Positions 27,352 through 39,234 of a stretch of 64,000 nucleotides of DNA are shown here, in pieces (the first letter of the stretch is position 1; each line of letters starts with the position of its first letter). The stretch lies in NCBI GenBank assembly GCA_964016885.1, contig OZ024740.1, positions 194,866,001-194,930,000 on the forward strand, given 5' to 3'. The notes below the pieces were generated by a model that had not been told where the DNA came from, made no database searches, and was given only the letters and a program-made list of their open reading frames with translations. The stretch is from Eledone cirrhosa (lineage: Eukaryota). The translations under genes were made by a program, and so were the position numbers.

Positions 27352-27534
27352 TTAATATAGATGAGATTCTACAGGACTAGAACTGTTTCATTCTTTAGAA
27401 ATCATCAGGATGATTTCTAAAGAAGGAAACAGTTCTAATCCTGTAGAATCTCATCTGTATTAAAACTTTTATACTCTACAATGTATTGAGTACCTTACTT
27501 ACTGTGGTTACCTCCGATTCAACCAGGAATTACG
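27348..27534 (+). mobile_element. Fold-back element (hairpin 27348-27467) centred on a hammerhead core, plus tail
   Basis: Minus arm reads CTGATGA-TTTCTAAAGAAT-GAAA-CAGTTCTAGTC; inside (TA)n. Confidence 0.7.
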
Positions 27535-27549
27535 TATATATATATACAT

Positions 27550-27675
<126 letters not shown>

Positions 27676-27678
27676 GTG

Positions 27679-29110
27679 TAGGGGAGCAGTCAGCTATAGG
27701 GGAGCAGTCAGCAAAGTTAGGATTAGCAATGAGTATAGCGAGGAATTTAGCGTACAGGTTGGGGTCCACCAGGGCTCTGTTCTTAGCCCTCTCCTGTTCA
27801 TCATAGTCCTGCAGGCAATAACGGAGGAGTTTAAGACCGGATGCCCATGGGAACTCCTGTATGCTGATGACCTCGCACTCATAGCTGAATCTATGGTAGA
27901 ACTAGAGAATAAATTCCAAACCTGGAAGCAGGGACTAGAGAGAAAGAGCCTCAAAGTCAACATGACAAAGACTAAGGTCCTTGTAAGTAGACGAGAAAAC
28001 AGAACCCAGATCCCCTCAGGGAAATGGCCTTGCTCAGTATGTAGGAAAGGTGTAGGTAAGAACTCCATTCTCTGCCCCAAATGCAAACAATGGGTACACA
28101 AGAGATGTAGCGGGATCTCAGGAAGCTTAATTAAGAATGTAGGCTTCACATGCAGCAGCAAACAGCCACAGGAAACAAGTACCACCAATCTCTGGGAGGG
28201 CCCTGTAGAAACAGTAGACAGCTTCTGCTACCTAGGTGACCGAATTAGCAACGGAGGTGGGTGCTCAGAAAGTACAATAACTAGGGTAAGAACGGGATGG
28301 AAGAAGTTTAGGGAACTACTACCACTGCTAGCTGCAAAAGGCTTCTCCCTCAGAATGAAAGGCAGACTGTATGATGCGTGTATCCGAACAGCGATGTTGC
28401 ATGGTAGTGAGACCTGGGCGCTGAAGGTGGAAGACTTACGTAGATTAGAGAGAAACGAAGCCTGCATGCTCCGATGGATGTGTAACAGTAATATACGTGA
28501 ACGACAAAGCATAAAGGAATTGAGAGAGAGACTGAGCATAAGAGGAATCAAATGCTGCGTGCAGGAGAGGCGGTTACGCTGGTATGGACATGTGATGCGT
28601 ATGAAGGATGACAGCTGCATAAAAAGGTGCAGAGCACTAGAAGTTGATGGAAACCGCGGAGTGGGGAGACCCAAGATGACTTGGGATGAGGTGATAAAAG
28701 CCGACCTTACCCAACTACACCTCTCAAAGTCAATGACACACGACCGTGACTTCTGGCGTCACACAGTAATACAGGGTACCCGACCTCCCATGGGTACATG
28801 CTGAAGCATATAAACAATATGCCCCACTCCCCCCACCGCAAGGTGGTCGTGGAGGTGCCACGGCAAAAAAGCACCCAGCCCACACTGTAAAGTGGACGTG
28901 TAGGCGCCACGAAAAAGCACCCAGCACTCACTGTAAATGAGGTTGGTGTTAGGAAGGGCATCCAGCTGTAGAAATCAAGCCAGATCAGTTCCTGTATGAG
29001 CAAGGCATGGTCAGCCGACCAGACACTGCTCACAACAGGACAACCCGTCTAACCCATGCTAGCGTGGAAGAACGGACGTAAAACGGTGATGATGATGATG
29101 ATGATGATGA
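27679..29110 (+). mobile_element. RTE family B, second 5'-truncated copy
   Basis: Protein nearly identical to 2055-3163; open frame to 28804; (TGA)n tail. Confidence 0.95.
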
Positions 29111-29206
29111 TATATACATGTCTATATATATATATATATATACATGTGTATATATATATATATATGTGTGTATATATATATACATGTGTATATATATATA
29201 TATATA

Positions 29207-29279
<73 letters not shown>

Positions 29280-29283
29280 ATAT

Positions 29284-29690
29284 AACAGAGAAGACCCGCC
29301 TTACCTAAATACATAGTAAAACCTACTACAGCCAGTAGGCATCTCTAACAAAATACACCCCGTCCCACCACCCCATCCACACCACCCGCTTCTATGTAAA
29401 GTTATGTTGGTGCCACGCCATCGAGGCCGAAACAAATGAGATCGTGTAGGTGTCACGACAAAAAAACACACAGTCCACGCTGTAATGTGGCCGTGTAGGC
29501 AACACGGTAAAAACCTCCCAGACCCACACTGTAAATGTGGTTGGTGTTAGGAAGGGCATCCAACTGTAGAAAACCTGCCAGACAGTCCTATGCGAGCAAG
29601 ACAATCACTCTTGCCTCAAGTGGGAATACCCCCGTCCAAACCCATGCAAGCGTGGAACATGGACGTTAAACGTTGATGATGATGATGATG
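29284..29690 (+). mobile_element. RTE family A 3' end
   Basis: Near-identical to 4570-4963. Confidence 0.9.
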
Positions 29691-29822
<132 letters not shown>

Positions 29823-30223
29823 GAGCTTAGGATTGCAAACCTGAAAGGGCTTCTGTATGTATTAGTTTGTCTGTATGTGTGTATCAATGCATGCATATGT
29901 AAAAACTGAAATGAATGGGAGTGCAAAAGGTTGAATGCACAGCTGTTATGAGTTTTTAAACTAATTTGCTAGTAAAGATGTCTCTAACTAGATTTAGTCA
30001 TCATGACACAAGAGCTACATGACACGAAAAAGAAAATTAGATATATGTGATTTAATTATTTCACATATGAGCTAATAAGTTTCGAATTTAAGGGCAAGTT
30101 TTATAGTTCCAGAGATAGAATCTCCTCCCCGCTATCGGTTTACGTAATACCCTTAATAATTATACAGTAAATGCAAAGTCAGTATAGTGCAGTTATCTGG
30201 TAAGCAACAAACATATATATATG

Positions 30224-30293
<70 letters not shown>

Positions 30294-30294
<1 letters not shown>

Positions 30295-31548
30295 TTCTTT
30301 ATTTGCCACAAGGATGATTGATAGATAGATAGATAATTTCTTTATTAGCCACAGAGGCACAAAAGAAGGGGACAAATACAAAGGGGGAAGTTTACATACA
30401 ATAAAAACGTGTAAAATATTATCACAAATGTAATTTAAAAATTAGTCGATTTTCCCCAAAAGGAGGAGACAGTTTATATGGGTAACACATACCCCCGAAA
30501 AAAATGTGCAACCCTCATCTTCAGGAGTACGAAGAGTTTGTACTCCTTTCCTCTCCCCCTCCTTTTCCTCAACCTACAGGCTGATATAGAGAAAAGGCCC
30601 ATTCACTTGGGCCATTCTCGCCACTTTCACCCACCTTTCATAAAACTTGCTGGGGTACAGCACCTCTCTCTCCATCCTGATTCTTCTTCCAAAGTGGTAT
30701 TTGATAAAAAGAATCAGTTGATAGATAGATATGTTTCTTTTATTTGCCACCAGGGCATCAAAAGTGGGACAAGTACAATGGGGGGAGTTTACAAAACAAG
30801 GCGTCCTCAATAAGGAGGAGGCAATAACAATATATAAAAATAAAATAAAATATAACAAAAAATAAAATTTATAACAAAGTCCTCAATAGAGAGGAGGCGC
30901 CTTGGGGGGTCGCACACACCCCCGAAAAAAGTGTGCAACCCTTCTCCTCAGGAGCACAGAGAAGGGGTGCTCCCTTGGTCTTTCATCTTCCTCACCTATA
31001 GTCTGATGTAGAGTGAAGGCCCATTCACACGGGCCATTCTCGCCACTTTCACCCATCTTTCATAGAAACGGCTGGGGTGCAGCACCTCTCTCTCCATCCT
31101 GATCCTTCTTCCGAAATGATATCGGAAGAAACGGACCAGTTGTTGGCCAGAGAGAAAGGTGTCTGACCTCAGTCCTTTCAGATACATCCACCATACAACC
31201 TCTTTCGCCATGGCTATTACGTACAGAAACACCGCCTCTCCTTCGTTTTTGAAGAGGGGAGGCGGCTTGATCGTTACAATAGACTCGGTGGTCAACCGGA
31301 TTGGTCCCACCCTTGACAGCAGTTGTTCGACATAGCCCCACAGATCGGCAATGCCCGAGCAGTGTACCAATGTGTGTGCAACGGTTTCCTCGTCGCACAC
31401 GCATCTGGGACAGATCTTTTTCGATGGGTCCCTACCCGGGCGCCCGTGTCTGTAGAGCCTTTCTCGAACGGGCAGAGCCCTTCTGTAGCATTGCCAGGCC
31501 AGGGACCTCTGGAAGTTATCCATGGGTCCCTGAATGTCCTATCAGTTG
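30294..31548 (-). mobile_element. Three stacked 5'-truncated Tx1/L1-clade 3' ends in (GATA)n
   Basis: ORF 30996-31523 has LAWQCYRRALPV..CPRC..EETVAHTLVHC..LW (zf-RVT-like); a paralogous end at 30574-30720; 3' termini TTTCTTTATT.GCCAC at about 30294, 30337 and 30734, each next to GATA repeats. Confidence 0.85.
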
Positions 31549-34045
31549 ATAGATAGATAGATGTATACATACATATATATATATAGATAGATATAGATAT
31601 AGTTAAAACACCCATACTAGCTTGGAAAAATGGATGTAAAATTGTGATGATGATGATGAGCATGATAATTATGATAGCATCACCATTTTTACTTCTACTT
31701 TTCTGAGCAGGCATGGGTTGAACAAAATATTTTAAGCAATATTTTATAGCAGGATGCCTTTTCTGATACTTCCCTTTTAAGTCAATTCTTATTCCTCAGA
31801 GGGATATGATATGCCTATTCTAAAATCTACAATAAACACACCTTGACATCTCCCTATACCCATCACTGTTTTCCCGAGCTTGGCCAAGGACTCAGTGAGA
31901 CCCTAGATTGGTAATGGAGCAGTGCTGGTGCTATAATAAAATACACCCAGCCCACTGTGTTAAATGACAATGCTGGTGCAACACTAAAATGCACCTTACC
32001 CTATCTGTCAAGAGATAGTAGTGATACAGTCAGTTCCCCCTGTAAGGTTATAATATTGGTGCTTAAATAAAATACTCTCAGTACACACTGTAAAATGCTT
32101 GATGTAAAGAAGAGCATCCAGCCATAGAAACAAAGCCAAAAATGGAACATCTCAGCAAAACGTGGTAAAATGACATCTAGCCTCAGAATATTACAACCCA
32201 TCTAACCCATGCAAGCATAGAAAATGGACATCAAATATTGATGACGATGAATAACTCACATATGAACATTTATTTCCTCTCTTATATAAATTAAAATTAA
32301 TAAATTAAAAATGCATTTTTAAGGTACAGTGTGTCTAGGATTATATTAACCAATACCAAATATGGAACATATGAGCAAGATTATGTTTCTTTGGCTCATC
32401 TAGTTTCAGGCTGATAAACTGTCCAACACAAGCCAGCATCAAATGCAGAAGTAAAAGGACAATGATTTTGATGATGCATTTTTTTCTTTTATAATATGTT
32501 AGCCTATTGTTTAAGGTAGATTTGACTTGTATTTCTGGCAGTTCCTAGAACCATTCTTGTTGGGTTATTGCTTTGTTAAACAATAAACTGTGGTGGAAAC
32601 TGTTGCCAATTAGAGACCCTGCCAGCTAAGGTATTTACCAGTGATCCCCTGTAATAATTTTAAAATATATTAATTTACTAACTCTTTCATTGCCATATTT
32701 CTAATGAAGAAATTAGAGGGTCATATTAATTATTTCATTATTAAGATAGTATTTGTAACACAGCTAATCAAAAGGTTCTTGAAGGAAATTATGTTGGAAT
32801 TTAGGCAGGTTGGTATCACAGGAGTTGAAGTCACAAATCTTTATTATAAGTGGTATGTATAATAATGTATGTGTGCATGTAAAAGTGAGTTGTCTAATTC
32901 ACATATAAATGAAAGCAGTTTTTCACATTCAGCAAGTTTCTGTAATACTTTGTGATACTGTAATATTTTTATGTATATTACCAAAGAGACTAACTTGTTT
33001 ATCTATGCCAGTGATTGGCCATCAGAAAAAGCCTCTGATCTGCTAGAAATTACAAACACATTTTGTCAAATTACTCTACCATCTAAAAAAATTTACATTG
33101 TAGTTTCCTGCACATAGGGCAAGATGGTCATGGCTGGAATGTTTTAAAATCTTAAGTTAGCTTCACCAAGTAACCAAGAGGTAAACAAGTACAACACACA
33201 CTCATCTTTCTTTAAGGGTTTAATTCAGGACAATATTAGCCAATGTGTGTTTTCCCTATTTAAAATGGTAGGGTAAGGTTTCATGAAAATTTGATTGCTA
33301 TTTTTAACCTGTTTAGCGACCACATAATAGATGTTCTCTCATTTAAATGTGACTAGTGTCATTAGTGAAGCAGAGTAAGGCATCTTATCCAGAAAAACAA
33401 TACAAATAGTTACAAAGCTGTGGTAGTGAGAATGTGTATTGAGTGAGAGAGAAGTTTGTAAATTTTATGTGAGGGCATTGATCAGTATAAGAGAGGTTAA
33501 TGGGAGCAGTGTTACTAAAGGGGGAAAAAGCCATTATTGGTTCCAGTTCAGTGAGTTGTATGTGAATGGAAGATTAGCTGCTGTTCCTGGAAGCCAAAAG
33601 TAAACATTATACGTTAACCACATATATTGTTATATTTCTGATTACCCCCGAGAAACTTGTGCATACATAAATGCATACATTTTTGAATTAGTGCATATGC
33701 ACTGATTCAAAATATGAAAATATGAATATACATAAATATAAAGGCTTGGTTTCATATCTTCTTTAATTTCAAAATAGCCATGATATACATTTCTGTGGTG
33801 AAATGGTTATATTACACACGATGTTGAGTGCTTTTTGCTTATTACACAATGATTTTGCTGATTGGAGTGACACAACCACAGTCCTGGTTACCAATTAGGA
33901 AACACTGTATAACACAAGTATATATACATGTGTGTGTGTGTGTGTGTGTGCGCGCGCACAAAAAGTAAACAGAAATAACAAAGCAAGTAACACAGTACAT
34001 TGAAGAAGTATATTAGTTTAACGCTTGTAATAACAGGAAAATAGT

Positions 34046-34079
34046 CTTAACGTTTCAGATACTAGTCCTTCTTCAGAAG
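34046..34079 (-). ncRNA. Minimal hammerhead motif in an old PLE-like remnant
   Basis: CTT-CTGAAGA-AGGACTAGTATCT-GAAA-CG-TT|AAG. Confidence 0.5.
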
Positions 34080-34731
34080 TTAGAATTAGATATAAAAGAC
34101 AAAATATAAAGATAAAGGGTGAGAAGAGGAAAGAATGGAATAAAATGAGAAAAAAAACACACATAAATAAACAAAATGCTGGCATGTGGTGGTAAAGGGC
34201 ACACAAGTAATAATACAACAAACAGTAAAGATGAAATTAAATCATTTTATTCTGCACATATGTTTCCATACAAAGAAAAAGGCTTATTATAACAACATTA
34301 CTTTCTATAATGAGGATAATTTTTAGTTTTATCTGATGACATAAAAATAATTATACTTGGGTCACAGATCAGATTATAATTCATTAAAAATATCATAACA
34401 GTATAAGAAACATATGTCAGAAATAAAATGATATAATTTTGTCTTTTGTTATTTGTTGAATTGTATATGAATATGGGTGTGGAGGTGGGTGGGGCATATA
34501 CTTTTTTACTGCAGGCATATTTGGGCATAACCTTAATGGGATTTTAGTTGATCATATTGACCATAGAATTTACGTTTTCAAGCTTGATACTTACTTTATC
34601 AATCTTTTATTGTCAGATTAACTAAGTCACAGAACATAAAAGCACACATGATGGGCTTCAACAGATTCCACTTACAAGACATTTAGAAGACACTTACCGA
34701 AGGAGTAGCAGAGTAGAATTGAAGCCGGAAC

Positions 34732-34800
<69 letters not shown>

Positions 34801-34810
<10 letters not shown>

Positions 34811-34849
34811 ATACGTACATACATATATGTATACAGACGTACAGTAGCA

Positions 34850-34901
<52 letters not shown>

Positions 34902-35281
34902 TATACATACAGGTACACATACATATATGCACGTATCAGTTTAGCGGACTTATCGTTTTCGGTATGCCTGACCGACTTAGCTCACTCGATATGCAAATTA
35001 GGCTGCTCAGCCGTTAATTTTCATAAGGAAAGTATATACTTTCGAACGTTCAACTATCTGGCAGATAGGTAAACGGTGCTGATGATAGCTAACAAGCTTG
35101 GAACTAGTACATCGTTCCTGTGTCAGTGTTGAACAAAAAGGTGACGCGGTTGCCTTAACACCGTATGGCATAAAAATTCAGGCTGTTCAGTTTGTTTACA
35201 AACGAACAAAGCGGCGTTGTAATAAGCGTCCGCTAAACTGATACGTGCATATATGTATGTGTACCTGTATGTATATATGTT

Positions 35282-35317
<36 letters not shown>

Positions 35318-35754
35318 TGCTACTGTACGTCTGTATACATATATGTATGTACGTATACACACATACTTACATTTAAGTAAGTGCCGTACTAAGAGTGAGA
35401 AATGAAATTTCGTTTTCATTTTATTTCAACTTATCGTTTTCGGTATGCCTGACCGACTTAGCTCACTCGATATGCAAATTAGGCTGCTCAGCCGTTAATT
35501 TTCATAAGGAAAGTATATACTTTCGAACGTTCAACTATCTGGCAGATGGGTATACGGTGCTGATGATAGCTAACAAGCTTGAAACTAGTACATCGTTCCT
35601 GTGTCAGTGTTGAACAAAAAGGTGACGTGGTTGCCTTAACACCGTACGGCATAAAAATTCAGGCTGTTCAGTTTGTTTACAAACGAACAAAGCGGCGTTA
35701 TAATAAGCGTCCGCTAAACTGATACGTGCATATATGTATGTGTACCTGTATGTA

Positions 35755-35820
<66 letters not shown>

Positions 35821-35854
35821 TGCTACTGTACGGATGGCTGAAACAGGTAAAAGA

Positions 35855-35901
<47 letters not shown>

Positions 35902-36796
35902 TGCTACTGTACGTCTGTATACATATATGTATGTACGTATACACACATACTTACATTTAAGTAAGTGCCATACTAAGAGTGAGAATGAAATTTCGTTTTC
36001 ATTTTATTTCAACTTATCGTTTTCGGTATGCCTGACCGACTTAGCTCACTCGATATGCAAATTAGGCTGCTCAGCCGTTAATTTTCATAAGGAAAGTATA
36101 TACTTTCGAACGTTCAACTATCTGGCAGATGGGTATACGGTGCTGATGATAGGTAACAAGCTTGAAACTAGTACATCGTTCCTGTGTCAGTGTTGAACAA
36201 AAAGGTGACGTGGTTGCCTTAACACCGTACGGCATAAAAATTCAGGCTGTTCAGTTTGTTTACAAACGAACAAAACGGCGTTATAATAAGCGTCCGCTAA
36301 ACTGATACGTGCATATATGTATGTGTACCTGTATGTATATATATATATATATATGCATGCTACTGTACGTCTGTATACATAGATGTATGTACGTATACAC
36401 ACATACTTACATTTAAGTAAGTGCCGTACTAAGAGTGAGAAATGAAATTTCGTTTTCATTTTATTTCAACTTATCGTTTTCGGTATGCCTGACCGACTTA
36501 GCTCACTCGATATGCAAATTAGGCTGCTCAGCCGTTAATTTTCATAAGGAAAGTATATACTTTCGAACGTTCAACTATCTGGCAGATGGGTATACGGTGC
36601 TGATGATAGCTAACAAGCTTGAAACTAGTACATCGTTCCTGTGTCAGTGTTGAACAAAAAGGTGACGTGGTTGCCTTAACACCGTACGGCATAAAAATTC
36701 AGGCTGTTCAGTTTGTTTACAAACGAACAAACCGGCGTTATAATAAGAGTTCGCTAAACTGATACGTGCATATATGTATGTGTACCTGTATGTATA

Positions 36797-36864
<68 letters not shown>

Positions 36865-36980
36865 TGCTACTGTACTTCTGTATACATATATGTATGTACG
36901 TATACACACATACTTACATTTAAGTAAGTGCCGTACTAAGAGTGAGAAATGAAATTTCGTTTTCACTTTATTTCAACTTA
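34801..36980 (+). repeat. Four-unit tandem array (457-583 bp spacing) with one hammerhead per unit and a 5' inverted partial unit
   Basis: Units start ACTTATCGTTTTCGGTATGCC at about 34948, 35429, 36012 and 36469; 34801-34949 is the reverse complement of about 35228-35367. Confidence 0.92.
35554..35596 (+). ncRNA. Minimal type I hammerhead (unit 2; homologues at 35073-35115, 36137-36179, 36594-36636)
   Basis: ACGGTG-CTGATGA-T-AGCT-AACA-AGCT-T-GAAA-CTAG-TA|CATCGT. Confidence 0.8.
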
Positions 36981-37030
36981 TATATATATATATATATTGA
37001 AAAATGTTTGAAATCCTTGGTACAGTTAGG

Positions 37031-37665
37031 TATATTTGAAAAAGGAAAAGAATGTCTTCACTTGTAGTTTTAAACAATTTGATTTAATTTTATAATATTA
37101 TAATATTATGAGTTGGTAGATCTAGTGACAGACAGTCTGTTTCTCGCTTGTGAGCATTTATCAAGACCACACACTCAGTTGGCCTTGCCAAGAATTTTAG
37201 AAGCTGGATTCTTATAGAATTCCAGTAATAATCAGGAGCTTATTAAATAGAGCAATTGCCAGTCCAGCAAAAATTAAGTATTAGTATTGGTGCTCTGAAA
37301 TAGCAATGTATACATGAATGTATGTATAGTATATTTGACAATATACTGAATGTTTAATTAAAAACATTTAGAAGACCATTCGTTATTAGTAGTGACTATG
37401 TCACTTAGTTATTCTCGGCAAAAAGAACAGAGAGCGGCCATCACTTTGTTTAATCAGTTCCTGATAATTACTGGAATTCTATAAGAATCCAGCCTCTATA
37501 ATTCTCGGCAAGGACAACTGAGTGAGTGGACTTGATAAACGCTCACAAGCGAGAAACAGACTGTCTGTCACTAGATCTACCAACACATAATATTATAATA
37601 TAAAATTAAATCAAATTGTTTAGAACTACAAGTGAAGTCATTCTTTTCCTTTTTTTCAAATATAT
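37031..37665. mobile_element. Inverted-arm element (about 220-bp arms) with degenerate HHR-like motif
   Basis: 37031-37252 versus 37444-37665; CTTGATAA-ACGCTCACAAGCGA-GAAA-CAGACTGTCTG-TC at 37531-37569. Confidence 0.7.
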
Positions 37666-37668
37666 ATA

Positions 37669-38212
37669 TATAGTAATAATAATAAATTTGAAGACTAAAA
37701 TCCAAAGAGGGCTCGATAAGGATAAATATATATCAAGGAGCAAATATTTATTAAAATAACAGATTAAAGTTTAAGCAAAGAATCGCTGCTTTCACCCTTA
37801 ACGGGATCTTCTGAAACTAAAAAAATCAATCTGTGAACGCAGAAGTAAATATTTCAACCGAAGGAAAACAGGAAGACGATACTTTGGTTCATGAAGACGT
37901 TCCCTGGCAATGAACGGAAAAAAGCGAAGATAATACATCATTATGTGGAGCAGTGCAAACAATTACACGCAAAGACAAAACCAAAGTATCGTCTTCCTGT
38001 TTTCCTTCGGTTGCAACCTTTTTCGAAATATTTACTTCTGCGTTCACAGATTGATTTTTTAGTTTCGGAAGATCCCGTTAAGGGTGAAAGCAGCGATTCA
38101 TTGCTTAAACTTTAATCTGTTATTTTGATAAATATTTGCTCCTTGATATATATTTATCCTTATCGAGCCCTCTTTGGATTTTAGTCTTCAAATTTATTAT
38201 TATTACTATATA
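37669..38212. mobile_element. Inverted-arm element (about 220-bp arms) with variant HHR; same family at 60111-60400
   Basis: 37669-37889 versus 37980-38212; AGTTT-CRGAAGA-TCCCGTTAAGGGT-GAAAGCA..TGCT-T|AAACT. Confidence 0.75.
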
Positions 38213-38215
38213 TGT

Positions 38216-38397
38216 GGATTGGCAGTATCAGTAGAGGGTCGGATGACATGCTTTGAAGCATAGAGTTACCTCCCTTTATGATCTGAGTTCAAATCCCGCC
38301 GAGGTTAACTTTGCCTTTCATCCTTCCGGGGTCGATAAAATAAAGTACCAGTAATGCACTGGGTAATTGCTGGCCTTGTGCCAAAAGTAGAAACAAT

Positions 38398-38398
<1 letters not shown>
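38216..38398 (+). mobile_element. tRNA-derived SINE
   Basis: Same family as 13135. Confidence 0.9.
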
Positions 38399-38438
<40 letters not shown>

Positions 38439-38440
<2 letters not shown>

Positions 38441-38810
38441 TCAGTTATGATAGTTTGAGCTCTTCAGATGATAAAACCTATAAAAACATAGAAAGTTCCC
38501 CAAAAAAAACCTTTAAATTTGGAAGAAGTTTTATAGGTTTTACCGTCTGAAGAGCTCAGGCTATCATAACTGATAGTCTTCAGCAAAATATGTATAATTG
38601 TGTTTTAAATAAACCTGAATCAAATGAATATGGCCTCTGATTTTTATTAATTTTTATATATCCAGGGAGTGTAACGCAGAGTTACTGTAGGTTCCCCCGC
38701 ATGAGCACTCGATGTTTAGGTTCACTTCTGTATTGAGGTGTAGAGCTAGACAGAGTGTAGTATAATGAAATAAAATAAAAGTGGTTACTCATCCTTGTTT
38801 TATTTTATTA
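38439..38810 (+). mobile_element. Small inverted-arm pLTR-like element with mutated HHR (38541-38602)
   Basis: 38439-38487 inverted versus 38531-38576; CTGAAGA-long stem II-AAAA (G12>A)-TATGTATA; (TA)n flanks. Confidence 0.6.
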
Positions 38811-39189
38811 TATATATATACCAATATCATATATCTGCTTTTTGGTACATGCATAGGTTGGACACATATTGTGTTCCTTCTTCATCTATGTAAGGTTCAG
38901 CACTTTTAGATAAGCTCTAACTACTTCTGCCTAACTAATCCTTGGTCTTCCTCTTCCGCAACTTCCTTCCATTGGCATCTTCTGGTACTTCACCAAATGT
39001 TAATCATCCATACCAGTGCAGTCATTTCTCTTGCATACCACATTGGATTATATATCCAGTTGTTCTCTCAGTTTATTCATGCTTCACCATTCATGCGAAA
39101 TAACATTACACATCCAACATCAATTTTGTTTCTTTTTTGTCAAATCACTAAGACGTAAACACAAAGAGAAATGAAAACATGGACATGGA

Positions 39190-39234
<45 letters not shown>

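Noticed and set aside
26767-27360. Long YI/HT/CV-rich ORFs here and at 1.1, 3.4, 29, 34.7, 39.5, 43.8 and 44.5 kb
   Set aside because: Translations of (TA)n, (CA)n and (CATA)n microsatellites.
30713-31550. Identical ATCAGTTG at both Tx1 5' junctions as a U2-type target
   Set aside because: At 30713 it is element coding sequence (QLI/QLV); best explained by microhomology with GATA repeats.
35395-36653. Repeated 72-aa ORF in the tandem array
   Set aside because: Non-ATG start, stop in unit 1, no domain; an RNA-level explanation fits better.
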